Positions 27,801 through 36,445 of a stretch of 64,000 nt of DNA are shown here, one piece after another. Position numbers and translations under genes: made by a program. Position 1 is the first letter of the stretch. Each line of letters opens with the position of its first letter. The stretch comes from Treponema sp. (lineage in GTDB: Bacteria; Spirochaetota; Spirochaetia; Treponematales; Treponemataceae), in contig JAFUTH010000011.1 of NCBI GenBank assembly GCA_017484285.1, positions 3,127 through 67,126 of the forward strand, read 5' to 3'. Under the pieces are notes generated by a model that saw nothing but the letters and a program-made list of their open reading frames with translations, ran no database searches and was not told where the DNA came from.

Positions 27801-28573
27801 GGCTCGTTCATGTTCTTTTTAAAACCAATGCAACGCAAGCAATCCTGAGCCTCAGCGTCTTCCTTTTCGATGTAGTGAATATCGTTCGTAACGACGAGCG
27901 GAATGTCGAGTTCGTGGGCGAGCGCAATGAGTTTTTTGTTGACGAGCTTTTGGTCTTCAAGCCCGTGGTCTTGCAACTCGATGTAGTAATGGTCTTTTCC
28001 GAAAAGATTTTTGTATTTGAGCGCGAGTTCTTTTGCTTCTTCGTCTTTGTTGGCAAGCAAAAGCTGGGGAAGCTCGCCCGCAATACACGCAGAACAGCAG
28101 ATTAAGCCCTCGTGATACTTTTCGAGCAGCTCAAAATCAATGCGCGGCTTGTACCACGTGCCCTCGGTGTAGGCGATTGAAGAAAGCCAGCTCATGTTTT
28201 TGTAGCCCGTCTCGTTTTCGCAGAGCAGAATGAGGTGGAAGTAGCGGGCTTGCCTGTCGCCGTCCTCGCCCTTTCGCGAATAGGGAACGGAATTCTTTTC
28301 TAAATGAGAGCCGTACGCGACATAAAATTCTTCGCCGACAATCGGGTTGATTCCGTTTACATGGCAGAGTTTTTCAAAATTGAGCGCGCCGAACATGTTT
28401 CCGTGGTCAGTAAGCGCGAGCGCGGGCATGTTGAGCCGTTTTGCCTTTGCCACCAAATCGTCAAGGCGTGCGCACGAGTCGAGCAACGAATAATCCGAAT
28501 GAACATGAAGATGAACAAAATTACTGACCGGCGTTCCCTCGGGAGCCGCATCAAAAACGTGATAATCTGCCAT
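24866..28573 (-). CDS. dnaE: DNA polymerase III alpha subunit
   Basis: PHP domain HLHVHSDYSLLD, GRGSGAGS, PDFDVD, KFDYLGL, YGFNKSHA, OB fold. Start set at MADYHV (28573). Confidence 0.97.
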   Translation of the reverse strand: MADYHVFDAAPEGTPVSNFVHLHVHSDYSLLDSCARLDDLVAKAKRLNMPALALTDHGNMFGALNFEKLCHVNGINPIVGEEFYVAYGSHLEKNSVPYSRKGEDGDRQARYFHLILLCENETGYKNMSWLSSIAYTEGTWYKPRIDFELLEKYHEGLICCSACIAGELPQLLLANKDEEAKELALKYKNLFGKDHYYIELQDHGLEDQKLVNKKLIALAHELDIPLVVTNDIHYIEKEDAEAQDCLRCIGFKKNMNEPHQTMGEGRSEWYFKTEEEMRLLFPDCPEAYDNTIKIANMCNLTIHQYKTQELKACLPRFELPKEFQTHGDDYAANQDDYVRYLVEKGLRDRYGTITPQIRQRAEYELGIIFKMGFSGYFLIVWEFINWSKSTYDNVNKRPKPYIPIGPGRGSGAGSLVAYCMTITDIDPFRFKLIFERFLNPERVSMPDFDVDMDFDYRQDIIQHTRDLYGDPQVGHIVTFGTLKPKNVIADVGRTLGIPLAEVNMLKSKVSENLKAKLKNCFEPANEKFPDGGQLAEFRHDPRYEKLFDLALKLEGCKRNTGLHASGMVIGLTALPDWAPVFMDPKTHEVGVQYTMDIIEPCGLVKFDYLGLKTLSLIRYAENIINKHKKPGEPDFVCAKVSETDPKTFELFKRGDSVAVFQFESPGMQKILRQFQPEKLEDLVALNALYRPGPMDYIPNYIDGKWKPETVHYPDPCLEPILKETYGVMVYQEQVMQVSQKIAGFSLGGADMLRRAMGKKKPEVLMGKKVEFEEGAVKQGFTKEHADEIFEIMIPFAGYGFNKSHAAAYSVLAYRTGWLKANKPAEFMAANLTNEITSTDGLPAYIAEARRIGVPVDPPDVNRSDAIFDVIDGHIVFGFKGIKGMGDGAARAIVKEREANGPYKDFMDFLIRVIGSKNEPTEEEKAEGKVGRASPINKKAVEVLIKCGGFDNLGQNRPTLISNLERAYAYAEKIALGSDDGQLSLFGDTDEKEYTDYVFEEVEDCSRLEKLNMEKELIGCYVSGHPLDDYKKAYEKATVNSLTIARAAKDDKAEKDALASSGKNPWQMRNAGRVHSAVGMVTDLRTIMTKKGAQMAFAKLQDYNGSFDLTFFPKTWEAMKDKIQNDTVYAFKGKIDSSREQPSMLVDAIEDPKLLQEKAIEEVHIQLESGFNDEKQIFNLKEYLFGNSGTCAVYFHIDTDQDTYIVKASAQLTAPSTKEFAEELKSIPFVKDVWMV

Positions 28574-28600
28574 ACGGTAAAGTATAGCACAGCGCGAGAT

Positions 28601-28653
28601 AAAAAAAAATGCCCCGCAGCAAGCACTTTCGTTTTTGTGCTTGCTGCGGGGCA
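28601..28653 (-). terminator. Intrinsic terminator after groES
   Basis: Perfect 17-bp stem TGCCCCGCAGCAAGCAC/GTGCTTGCTGCGGGGCA followed by a T9 tract on the minus strand. Confidence 0.85.
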
Positions 28654-28671
28654 ATGCGCGTAGTGTTTGAA

Positions 28672-28944
28672 CTACTCTACGATTGCGATGATGTCTGAAT
28701 TCTTTACGATGAGATACTCATCGCCGTCCATTTTGACCTGAACGCCGGCGTATTTGTCGTACATAACGCGGTCACCGACTTTGACGGTAATCGGGTCTTT
28801 TTCTGTTCCCGGACCGACAGCCTCAACGGTTGCGGTCTGTGTTTTTTCCTGAGCGGTCTCTGGAATGATGATTCCAGACGCTGTTTTTGTTTCCGCTTTT
28901 TCCTGTTTGAGAAGGACGCGGTCTGCCAATGGCTTAAGTTTCAT
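28672..28944 (-). CDS. groES: Co-chaperonin GroES (no adjacent groEL)
   Basis: [10 protein letters not shown]...TASGIIIP...VGPG...[12 protein letters not shown]; SD GGAGG. Confidence 0.97.
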   Translation of the reverse strand: MKLKPLADRVLLKQEKAETKTASGIIIPETAQEKTQTATVEAVGPGTEKDPITVKVGDRVMYDKYAGVQVKMDGDEYLIVKNSDIIAIVE

Positions 28945-29072
28945 ATATGTTCCTCCAAATTAGTACATGATGATATAAATAAAATATAGAATTTTTCGAC
29001 AATCGGCAACTAAAATATTTTCAGTGAAAAATTCTCAGAGTTGTAGTATATTTAACGTGAGGTAAATGAACT

Positions 29073-29834
29073 ATGGAACGAAGAATATTGTTTGTCAGCG
29101 AGACGCAGAACTTTTTGGTCACTGCAATGATAAAAGCCTTAAAAGACGCTCGCTTTGATGTTACTACCGCAGAGCCGGACATGGTTGAAATCTCCCTCAT
29201 CGAAAATATTCCCGACATCTATGTTGTCTATCTTGAGGGCGATTTAAACAAATTCAACGGAACGCTCAAATACATCAAAAAACTGATTACCACCGAGGGC
29301 AAAGACCGCGTGCTCTACCTTATCGGCAATCCGATGGAAATCGACGCGGCGTACGAGGTTGTTCCGAAGGCTCTCGTCTCAGCCGCTTTCAGCCGCCCGG
29401 TCAACATGAAGGACGTTATCAACAAACTCAACATTCTTATCACAAGCGAGGAAGGTATGACTCCAGGAATGAAGCGAATTTTGGTCGTCGATGATGACAG
29501 CGTTATGCTCCGCACCATGAAAACATGGCTCTCAAAGCGCTATGACGTGTACATGGCGAATTCGGGCATGAACGCAATCCAGTTCCTTACGCAGAATCAC
29601 GTCGACTTAATCTTGCTCGACTACGAAATGCCTGTCGCGTCCGGCTTGCAGGTGTTCGAAATGCTCAAAAACGACGAAAAAACGGCGAACATTCCGGTGA
29701 TTTTCCTCACCTCAAAAGATGACAAAGAGACGGTCATGAAGGTGCTCGCCGCTAAGCCCGAAAAATACCTGCTCAAGTCGATGGAGCCGGAAGCGCTCTT
29801 AAAGACGGTCGACGATTTCTTCAAGGGCAAGTAA
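29073..29834 (+). CDS. Response regulator: degenerate REC + canonical REC, no output domain
   Basis: C-terminal VVDDD...LLDYEMP...FLT...YLLK is canonical. The N-terminal REC-like fold lacks the acidic residues. Confidence 0.85.
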   Translation: MERRILFVSETQNFLVTAMIKALKDARFDVTTAEPDMVEISLIENIPDIYVVYLEGDLNKFNGTLKYIKKLITTEGKDRVLYLIGNPMEIDAAYEVVPKALVSAAFSRPVNMKDVINKLNILITSEEGMTPGMKRILVVDDDSVMLRTMKTWLSKRYDVYMANSGMNAIQFLTQNHVDLILLDYEMPVASGLQVFEMLKNDEKTANIPVIFLTSKDDKETVMKVLAAKPEKYLLKSMEPEALLKTVDDFFKGK

Positions 29835-29840
29835 CGGTGA

Positions 29841-29867
29841 GCCGTGCGCGCGCGGCGTTTTTATTTT
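29841..29867 (+). terminator. Possible terminator/attenuator between regulator and kinase
   Basis: GCCGTG-CGCG-CGCGGC stem followed by GTTTTTATTTT. Confidence 0.4.
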
Positions 29868-29884
29868 GATTTCGGGGGCGTCTC

Positions 29885-32770
29885 ATGCCAAAAAAAGACT
29901 ACAAATCTTATTTTTTCGTTGACAACAACGCTTTTAAAATTACGATTCCGCTCACATCGATACTCTGCTTTGTTCTGCTCATGCTGATTGAGCACACATT
30001 TCAGAGCGACCTGTACATCAACCGCTGGTTTTTCCATAAGGTGCAGTGCTATCTCATGATTGTGCCGGTCATGATTCTCACGTCGCTCTCGGGCTATGCG
30101 ATGGGCAGCATGGTCGTGCTTGTCTTTTTTGCGTTTGAGTGCATGATTTCGCACGCGCTCGCGTATCACGCGTTTGTGCTCTTGCTCGCTTCTATCATTG
30201 CGAATTTCCCCGTGTTCCGCCAATGGTACAAGAGCGCATGGAAGACTTTTTTTGTCTGGATTGGCTTTTCGCTGATTCTCGGTAACGGCTGGAATCTCTT
30301 GCTCGCCATTCTTGAGGGAAACCGCGTCACGTTCGGCGCAGAACGCTTTCATTTTGGCATTGCGCTGCTTCCGACGGCGATAGTGTGCCTCTTCTGCTAC
30401 TGGTACTTCAATTATCTTCCCGAAAAATACAAAAATCTCTTTTTTGCGAGCACGTACGATTCCGACGAAATCCGCAAGATAAACGCAGAGCTTGCACGGC
30501 GCAAAGGGCAGGGCATCAGCTCTCGGCTTTCCAGACTGATTCTTATCGAGGCGCTTTCGCTCATTTTCGCGGGATTCGGCTTTGCGAACGCGCTTTTGGA
30601 CGAATTCAACATGCTCAATGACTGGCAGTCAATTGTTTTTGCCACGCGGCTCACGATTCTCATGACGATTATTGGCACGCCGATTATCATGCTTACGATT
30701 GCGCGCGCGAATACGGGCATCATTCACCCGATTAGCCTCTTGGCAAAGGCGGCAGAAGACTCATACATCTGCAAGGTCGACAGCACAATCACGCGAAACA
30801 CCGAAGCACCGCTCATCGACCTCAAGTCGCTCAAAATCAGCTCAAAAGACGAAATGGGCGTGCTTTACGACGCGCTTGTGCGTGCATTCGACAATACGAA
30901 CGCGTATATCGACAATCTCGAGCGAGAAAAGCGGCTCGAAACAGAACTCTCAACGGCACAGGCGGCAAGCAAGGCAAAGTCAGACTTTCTCTCCAACATG
31001 AGTCACGAAATCCGCACGCCGATTAACGCAGTGCTCGGCTTAAACGAAATGATTATCCGCGAAAGTGACGACCCGACGATTAAAAAATACGCAGTCGACA
31101 TCGAAAACGCGGGCAAGAGCCTTTTGAGCATTGTGAACGATATTCTCGACTTCTCAAAAATCGAAGCGGGCAAAATGGAAATCGTTCCGGCGAACTATCA
31201 CCTCAACTCGATGGTGAACGACCTCGTGAACATGATTGCAAAGCGCGCGAAAGACAAAAATCTCGCGCTGAACATCGACATCGACAAGAATATTCCCAAT
31301 CTGCTTTTCGGCGATGATGTGCGCATCAAGCAGTGTATCCTCAATATCCTCACGAATGCGGTCAAATACACAAAAGAAGGCTCGGTCACCATGCGCCTCA
31401 GTTTCAAACAGACGGGCGAAAACCATATCGATTTGACGGTGCACGTCATCGACACGGGAATCGGCATCAAGACTGAGGATTTGCCCAAACTCTTTACGGC
31501 GTTCCAGCGCATCGAAGAAAACAAAAACCGCACGATTGAGGGCACGGGCTTGGGCATGAACATCGTCAAAAACTTGCTCTCGCTCATGGGCACAAAACTC
31601 GAAGTCGCGAGCGAGTACGGCAAAGGCTCTGACTTTTTCTTTACGGTGCGACAGCGCGTCGTTGAATGGGAGCCGGTAGGTGACTTTAACGACAGCTACG
31701 AAAAATCGCTCGCGGAGATTGCCGAGTACAAAGAATGTCTCCATGCGCCAGAGGCAAAAATCCTCGTCGTCGATGACACGGAGCTTAATCTTACGGTCGT
31801 CAAAGGCTTGCTCAAGCAGACGGGCATTCAGATTGAGACGGCAACGAGCGGGCAGGCAACGCTTGAACTCGTTACAAAGCACAAATACGACATGATTTTC
31901 CTTGACCACCGCATGCCGGGCATGGACGGAATCGAGACGTTCAACGCAATGAAAGAACTTGCCACCAATCAGAACAAGGACGTTCCGTGCATTGCGCTCA
32001 CGGCAAATGCGGTTTCCGGGGCAAAAGAAATGTACCTTGAGGCGGGCTTTACCGACTATCTGTCAAAGCCGATTGAGAGCAAAAAGCTCGAGGCAATGCT
32101 CATAAAATATCTGCCGGCGCAGCTTGTCGAGCGCTGTACCGAAGAAGTGAAGGAGATTCCTGCGCAAGCAGAGCTGTCGCCTGAGTGCCAGGCGGTCAAA
32201 GAGCGCTTTGCGGGCGTAACGGGCATCGACATGAAGGACGCGCTCAAATACACGGGTGATGCCGACATTCTCGAGCAGACTTTGCATGAGTTTTACGGCG
32301 CAATCGACACAAAAGCCAACGAAATCGAACGCTATGTTGCCGAAAAAGACTGGCGCAATTACACGGTGCTGGTGCATGCGCTCAAAAGTTCGGCGCGCTT
32401 AATCGGCGCAAAAGAATTGTCCGAAAAGGCGCGCTATCTCGAGCAGTGCGGCGACAAAGACAACGAAGAGGAAATCACGGCAAAAACGCCCGAATTGCTC
32501 GCCATTTTCCGCTCATACAAAGCGCATTTGGCGGCGCTGTGCGAGCAAAACGACGACGATTCGCAAAAGGAAGCCCTCCCCGATGAACAATTTGAAGAAG
32601 CGCTCAAAAATATAAAGGAATGTGTGGAAGCCTTTGATTTCGACACCGCCGACCAAATTGTCGCAATGCTCGGAGACTATCAGCTTCCCGCCGAAAAGAA
32701 AGAATTTTTCGCACAGGTAAAGAAAGCCGTTTCCGACGTTGACCGAGAGAAAATTCTTTCGCTTTTTTAA
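29885..32770 (+). CDS. Hybrid sensor histidine kinase (multi-TM, HAMP, HisKA, HATPase, REC, HPt)
   Basis: MSHEIRTPIN, NILTNAVKYT, DTGIGI, GTGLG, IFLDHRMP, HPt VHALKSSARLIG. Confidence 0.95.
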   Translation: MPKKDYKSYFFVDNNAFKITIPLTSILCFVLLMLIEHTFQSDLYINRWFFHKVQCYLMIVPVMILTSLSGYAMGSMVVLVFFAFECMISHALAYHAFVLLLASIIANFPVFRQWYKSAWKTFFVWIGFSLILGNGWNLLLAILEGNRVTFGAERFHFGIALLPTAIVCLFCYWYFNYLPEKYKNLFFASTYDSDEIRKINAELARRKGQGISSRLSRLILIEALSLIFAGFGFANALLDEFNMLNDWQSIVFATRLTILMTIIGTPIIMLTIARANTGIIHPISLLAKAAEDSYICKVDSTITRNTEAPLIDLKSLKISSKDEMGVLYDALVRAFDNTNAYIDNLEREKRLETELSTAQAASKAKSDFLSNMSHEIRTPINAVLGLNEMIIRESDDPTIKKYAVDIENAGKSLLSIVNDILDFSKIEAGKMEIVPANYHLNSMVNDLVNMIAKRAKDKNLALNIDIDKNIPNLLFGDDVRIKQCILNILTNAVKYTKEGSVTMRLSFKQTGENHIDLTVHVIDTGIGIKTEDLPKLFTAFQRIEENKNRTIEGTGLGMNIVKNLLSLMGTKLEVASEYGKGSDFFFTVRQRVVEWEPVGDFNDSYEKSLAEIAEYKECLHAPEAKILVVDDTELNLTVVKGLLKQTGIQIETATSGQATLELVTKHKYDMIFLDHRMPGMDGIETFNAMKELATNQNKDVPCIALTANAVSGAKEMYLEAGFTDYLSKPIESKKLEAMLIKYLPAQLVERCTEEVKEIPAQAELSPECQAVKERFAGVTGIDMKDALKYTGDADILEQTLHEFYGAIDTKANEIERYVAEKDWRNYTVLVHALKSSARLIGAKELSEKARYLEQCGDKDNEEEITAKTPELLAIFRSYKAHLAALCEQNDDDSQKEALPDEQFEEALKNIKECVEAFDFDTADQIVAMLGDYQLPAEKKEFFAQVKKAVSDVDREKILSLF

Positions 32771-32771
32771 G

Positions 32772-34706
32772 TTATTTTGAGAGGTCGATTTGTCGCTTTA
32801 AAAGGCGTGCATCGGCATTTGTTTTGTCGAGCGACAAACTGTACGTGAGCGACGTTTTTGCGCTGTTCACATCGCCCATATCAGCTTGAATAACGGCGAG
32901 CCGATAGAGCAGACGTGATTTTATCTGCAAGGACTTTGTTTTTCCGGCGGCAAGCGAATAGAGCGCGAGTGCTTTTTGCCGTTCGCCCGTGCTTGAATAA
33001 ATCATCGCAAGATTTGCCGCACTCGATGAAGCAGAAAGTGGCGAAACAGACATGATTTCTCCGCTCGCATTGGCACGCTTTACGCCCCCCGTCTCGAACA
33101 CAACGTACTCATACAATCGTTTTGCCGCAGAAATGTTTCGCTCGAGCAACGAGAAATATGCCGCAAACTCAACTTCCCAAATTTCCATGCGGTCTGATTT
33201 GTCAGCAGCACGGTCGCCAAACGCAAGCCGCGCAACACTTTCGGGAATAACAGGAACGGCTTCTGTCTTTTCACCACCAAAAATGTCCGTCTTTACGTCC
33301 TCGGTCGTACCAGCATCAGTCGCCTGTTTTCGGTAGTTCAAGTCGAATTTCGCATCGATGTAATTCATAAACAAAGCACGCGCTTCATCAATCAAACCGT
33401 ATGAAAGCAATTTTTGCACAGAGAATTGCACCAAATGAGACGGATACAAGTTCGTTCCAAGCTCATTTTGCTCAAGCTCGCTCCAAATCGCAGCCGTTTT
33501 TTGCGTAAGCGTCAAATCGGGATTGTCTTTGAGATACAGGGAAAGCCGCTCGACAATCAAATCTTCATCATGGCGCAAACCTGCCCGTGACTCACGTTCA
33601 AGCGCCTCCTGCATGCGATAGAGCGCATCAGCAATCGTGAATTTTGGTCGCTCATCGTATTCGCGCATTGAGGTTGTGCGAAGCGAGGTTTTACGGAGTG
33701 CTTTTTCAAGTTCCGACATTTGAACTGGACGCGAATCCTGCCACGATAATTTTCCGTACGTAATGAGCGCCGGGATAAAATCAGGTTCATTCATGAGCGC
33801 ATCCAAAAGATACTCGTACGATTTTCGATACTGCTCATGTCGGAATGCGTACAAAGACGAATTGACGAAAATTGAGGGCTGAACCGCTGAGGAATTTGCG
33901 ACCGACGCAATGTATTCAGTTCGTGCCGCTTCCGCGCTTTCTTCATCGGAAAGCATCATATAGGCATCTGACTCAAGCAATGCCGCACTGCTTCGCAACA
34001 GGGGCGAGGTAACAGAGCGCAGATTCCGAGCCGCAATGTCGAAGTTGCCCGCATCATACTGCACATATGCCCAAAAAAGCGCGTCCTCAGAATCTCTCAG
34101 CGTGTCCTGCAACGACGCCGCCAATGTATAATCGCCCCGCAAGAGCGAAAGCAAGGCACAATTTCGAAGCCAACGCGCATCGTCTGTGCCAACATACATA
34201 TCATAATAGGCAGAAGAAAATTCGCGCGAGAGAAACGGCGTCGAGATACCAGAAAGTCCGTCGCCTTGCAAAATCTGCTTCATCATCGCTTCGGCGCGAA
34301 TTGAGCCGTATTTTGTGCCCTCAAGAACTTTGGTAATTGCGATTGACTCAGCGAGCCGATTCCGCCGCAAGAGGAAATGCCCGTACACCGCCGAAAGTTC
34401 TGGGTTTTCGGGAAGTTTTTTGAGACCTCGTTCCAAGACCGCTTCTGCGCGCTTTTCTTCACCCATCTGCATGTACCGTCGGAAAATACCGATTCGTGCA
34501 AATGAACTGTACGCTTTTTTTTCTGACTTTTTTAGAAGCCGCATCGCCTCGGACGCATCGCCATTTTTGATAAAGATATCGATACTTTCCATCGCGGACA
34601 TAAAGGAAGCGTCATCAGAGTGTGCGCAAGATGCAAAAAAAATCCCCGCGAGAAGAAACAAAAGCGAAACAAAAGCAATTTTTCTTACGGCAAGGGATTT
34701 TTTCAT
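32772..34706 (-). CDS. TPR-repeat lipoprotein
   Basis: Lipobox FFASC; repeated helical TPR-like units (e.g. ALMNEPDFIPALITYG, SLSLDKTNADARLL). Confidence 0.75.
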   Translation of the reverse strand: MKKSLAVRKIAFVSLLFLLAGIFFASCAHSDDASFMSAMESIDIFIKNGDASEAMRLLKKSEKKAYSSFARIGIFRRYMQMGEEKRAEAVLERGLKKLPENPELSAVYGHFLLRRNRLAESIAITKVLEGTKYGSIRAEAMMKQILQGDGLSGISTPFLSREFSSAYYDMYVGTDDARWLRNCALLSLLRGDYTLAASLQDTLRDSEDALFWAYVQYDAGNFDIAARNLRSVTSPLLRSSAALLESDAYMMLSDEESAEAARTEYIASVANSSAVQPSIFVNSSLYAFRHEQYRKSYEYLLDALMNEPDFIPALITYGKLSWQDSRPVQMSELEKALRKTSLRTTSMREYDERPKFTIADALYRMQEALERESRAGLRHDEDLIVERLSLYLKDNPDLTLTQKTAAIWSELEQNELGTNLYPSHLVQFSVQKLLSYGLIDEARALFMNYIDAKFDLNYRKQATDAGTTEDVKTDIFGGEKTEAVPVIPESVARLAFGDRAADKSDRMEIWEVEFAAYFSLLERNISAAKRLYEYVVFETGGVKRANASGEIMSVSPLSASSSAANLAMIYSSTGERQKALALYSLAAGKTKSLQIKSRLLYRLAVIQADMGDVNSAKTSLTYSLSLDKTNADARLLKRQIDLSK

Positions 34707-34709
34707 AGG

Positions 34710-35153
34710 CTAATTCAAAGATTTTCTTATATTGTCAAGAATTGCGTTCACGAATTTATATGACTCATCGGGCCCAAAATTTTTGGCAATATCAATCGCC
34801 TCGTCGATAACGATTGAAGGCTCAACATCTTTGGTATAAAGCAATGAATACACGCTCATACGCAAAATGGCGATAGTGACCTTGTTTACGCGGTCAAATT
34901 CCCAGTTTGTGAGATTCTTTTTAATCAAATCGTCGATTTGCGCTTTGTTTTCGATAGTGCCAGCAATGAGCATGCGCGAAAAGGCTGCTGATTCATCATC
35001 AAGCGGAGCTTTTTCGTCAGCCTCTTCCTCTTCACCGTCGCGCGGATTGGCGCTTGCCCATGAAAGCTCGAGAACATCTTTTTCGCTCATTCCACCGACG
35101 TCCCAAGAATACAATCCCTGAAACGCAATAATTCTAGATTTTCGTCGTGACAT
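34710..35153 (-). CDS. nusB: Transcription antitermination factor NusB
   Basis: RRKSRIIAFQGLY, NWEFDRVNKVTIAILR, IDEAIDIAK, FVNAILD. Confidence 0.96.
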   Translation of the reverse strand: MSRRKSRIIAFQGLYSWDVGGMSEKDVLELSWASANPRDGEEEEADEKAPLDDESAAFSRMLIAGTIENKAQIDDLIKKNLTNWEFDRVNKVTIAILRMSVYSLLYTKDVEPSIVIDEAIDIAKNFGPDESYKFVNAILDNIRKSLN

Positions 35154-36232
35154 TATTTTTCCCAGTTAAGAAGTTTTTCGAGATCCTTTTCTTTCTTTTT
35201 TCGCTCAACATTGCTCGGTGTATTGAGGGATTTTGTAATATCCTGCACTGCCGAAATGAGCGCCTGACTCTGCATTTGATTCGTGAGATTCTGCTTGATG
35301 TAATCGTAGACCGTAATCGTCGTTTCTGGCTGCACGAGGTCGGAAATAGCGAGCATTTTTGCCGCATATTTCTGTCGGACAACGTAGAATTGGAAGTCAG
35401 TATCGGTTTCGTTGAGACTTGACATGTAATTTACATCGCGCGTAAAAAGTTCAAGCAGGTCGTTGTAGGAAATACCGAGTTGCTGTGCATGCTGAGCCGT
35501 TTTTCCGATGAACAGATCGCCACCCTGATAGTCTTTGCCGCTGTCAGATTTGATTTTGTCGAATGAAAGCGTTTTTGTCGTAATGCCGTTGAGCAAAGCT
35601 TCTGCCTTGATTTTTGCGCCCGCCGCATTGTCGCCTTTGGGAACAACAACGAGGAACAATTTGACCATATCGTTCTGCACGAATGATGCCTTGTTCAAGT
35701 CGTAGAATTTGCGGATGTCTTCGTCAGTCGGCGCGACATTTTTGATTTCATCTTGTTTTTGCTGCAACACATACTGCTGAGCGAGCAACTGAGTCTTGAG
35801 ATATGCCTTGTAATCAGCGACATTCATGCCGACCTGCTGCTTCATAAAGTCATCGAGAGAAAGCCCCGTCTGTTTTTTGACGATTTCAGAGAATTCGGCT
35901 TCGGTGACAGAACGACCAACTTGCTGGCTGATATTCTGCAAGAAATACTGATTGACCTGCGTGTCGGTGATGCTCATGCCCGCCTTTTGCGCCGCCTGAA
36001 CGACCAGCTTTTCGTCAATCATTGCATCGAGGATTTCTTTTTTTTGCTCGATAGTGAATGTAGAGATATTGTTCTGCTTTTGATACGTTTCGACACGATT
36101 CTTAAGCTGTCTGAGCGTAATCGTCTCTGATTTGTTGAGTTTGACGACAACCAACGGCTGTAAATCAGACTGAGCAACCGCTCCGAACGCAACTGAAAAT
36201 GCCAATGCAGCAGCAAGTAAAATTTTTTTCAT
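35153..36232 (-). CDS. SurA-like periplasmic chaperone (degenerate parvulin domain)
   Basis: Signal peptide, SurA-N pattern (ILDAMIDEKLVVQAAQKAGMSITDTQV), parvulin-like region ending GGDL. Confidence 0.7.
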   Translation of the reverse strand: MKKILLAAALAFSVAFGAVAQSDLQPLVVVKLNKSETITLRQLKNRVETYQKQNNISTFTIEQKKEILDAMIDEKLVVQAAQKAGMSITDTQVNQYFLQNISQQVGRSVTEAEFSEIVKKQTGLSLDDFMKQQVGMNVADYKAYLKTQLLAQQYVLQQKQDEIKNVAPTDEDIRKFYDLNKASFVQNDMVKLFLVVVPKGDNAAGAKIKAEALLNGITTKTLSFDKIKSDSGKDYQGGDLFIGKTAQHAQQLGISYNDLLELFTRDVNYMSSLNETDTDFQFYVVRQKYAAKMLAISDLVQPETTITVYDYIKQNLTNQMQSQALISAVQDITKSLNTPSNVERKKKEKDLEKLLNWEK

Positions 36233-36292
36233 TATATTTTTCCTCTAAAGAATAAGAACACACTTATCCCCTGTTAGTTACAATTTTTAATT

Positions 36293-36437
36293 GTCACACG
36301 GATTCGAGATTCCTACGGAATCTCATTAAATATATATTTCTAATGATTTTGCGTTAGCAAAATCGAATGAGGCTACGCCTCGTTTTGAAAAGAAACTATT
36401 TAACCCGTTGCTTTCGCAACTTGCAAATCCGTGTGGC
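36293..36437 (-). ncRNA. Multibranch structured intergenic element (candidate ncRNA, cis-element or REP-like repeat)
   Basis: 10-bp closing stem CACACGGATT/AATCCGTGTG encloses hairpins at 36306-24, 36325-44, 36345-64, 36369-81 and 36407-20. Minus-strand loops include GTA, TAAC, GTA and GAAA. Confidence 0.55.
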
Positions 36438-36445
36438 TTTATTTT

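Noticed and set aside
24866-28573. Intein or split in dnaE
   Set aside because: The ORF is continuous at about 1235 aa with only short insertions. No intein splice or LAGLIDADG motifs were seen.
28672-29072. groES without groEL; CIRCE operator
   Set aside because: Unlinked groES/groEL is normal in treponemes. No TTAGCACTC-N9-GAGTGCTAA was found upstream.
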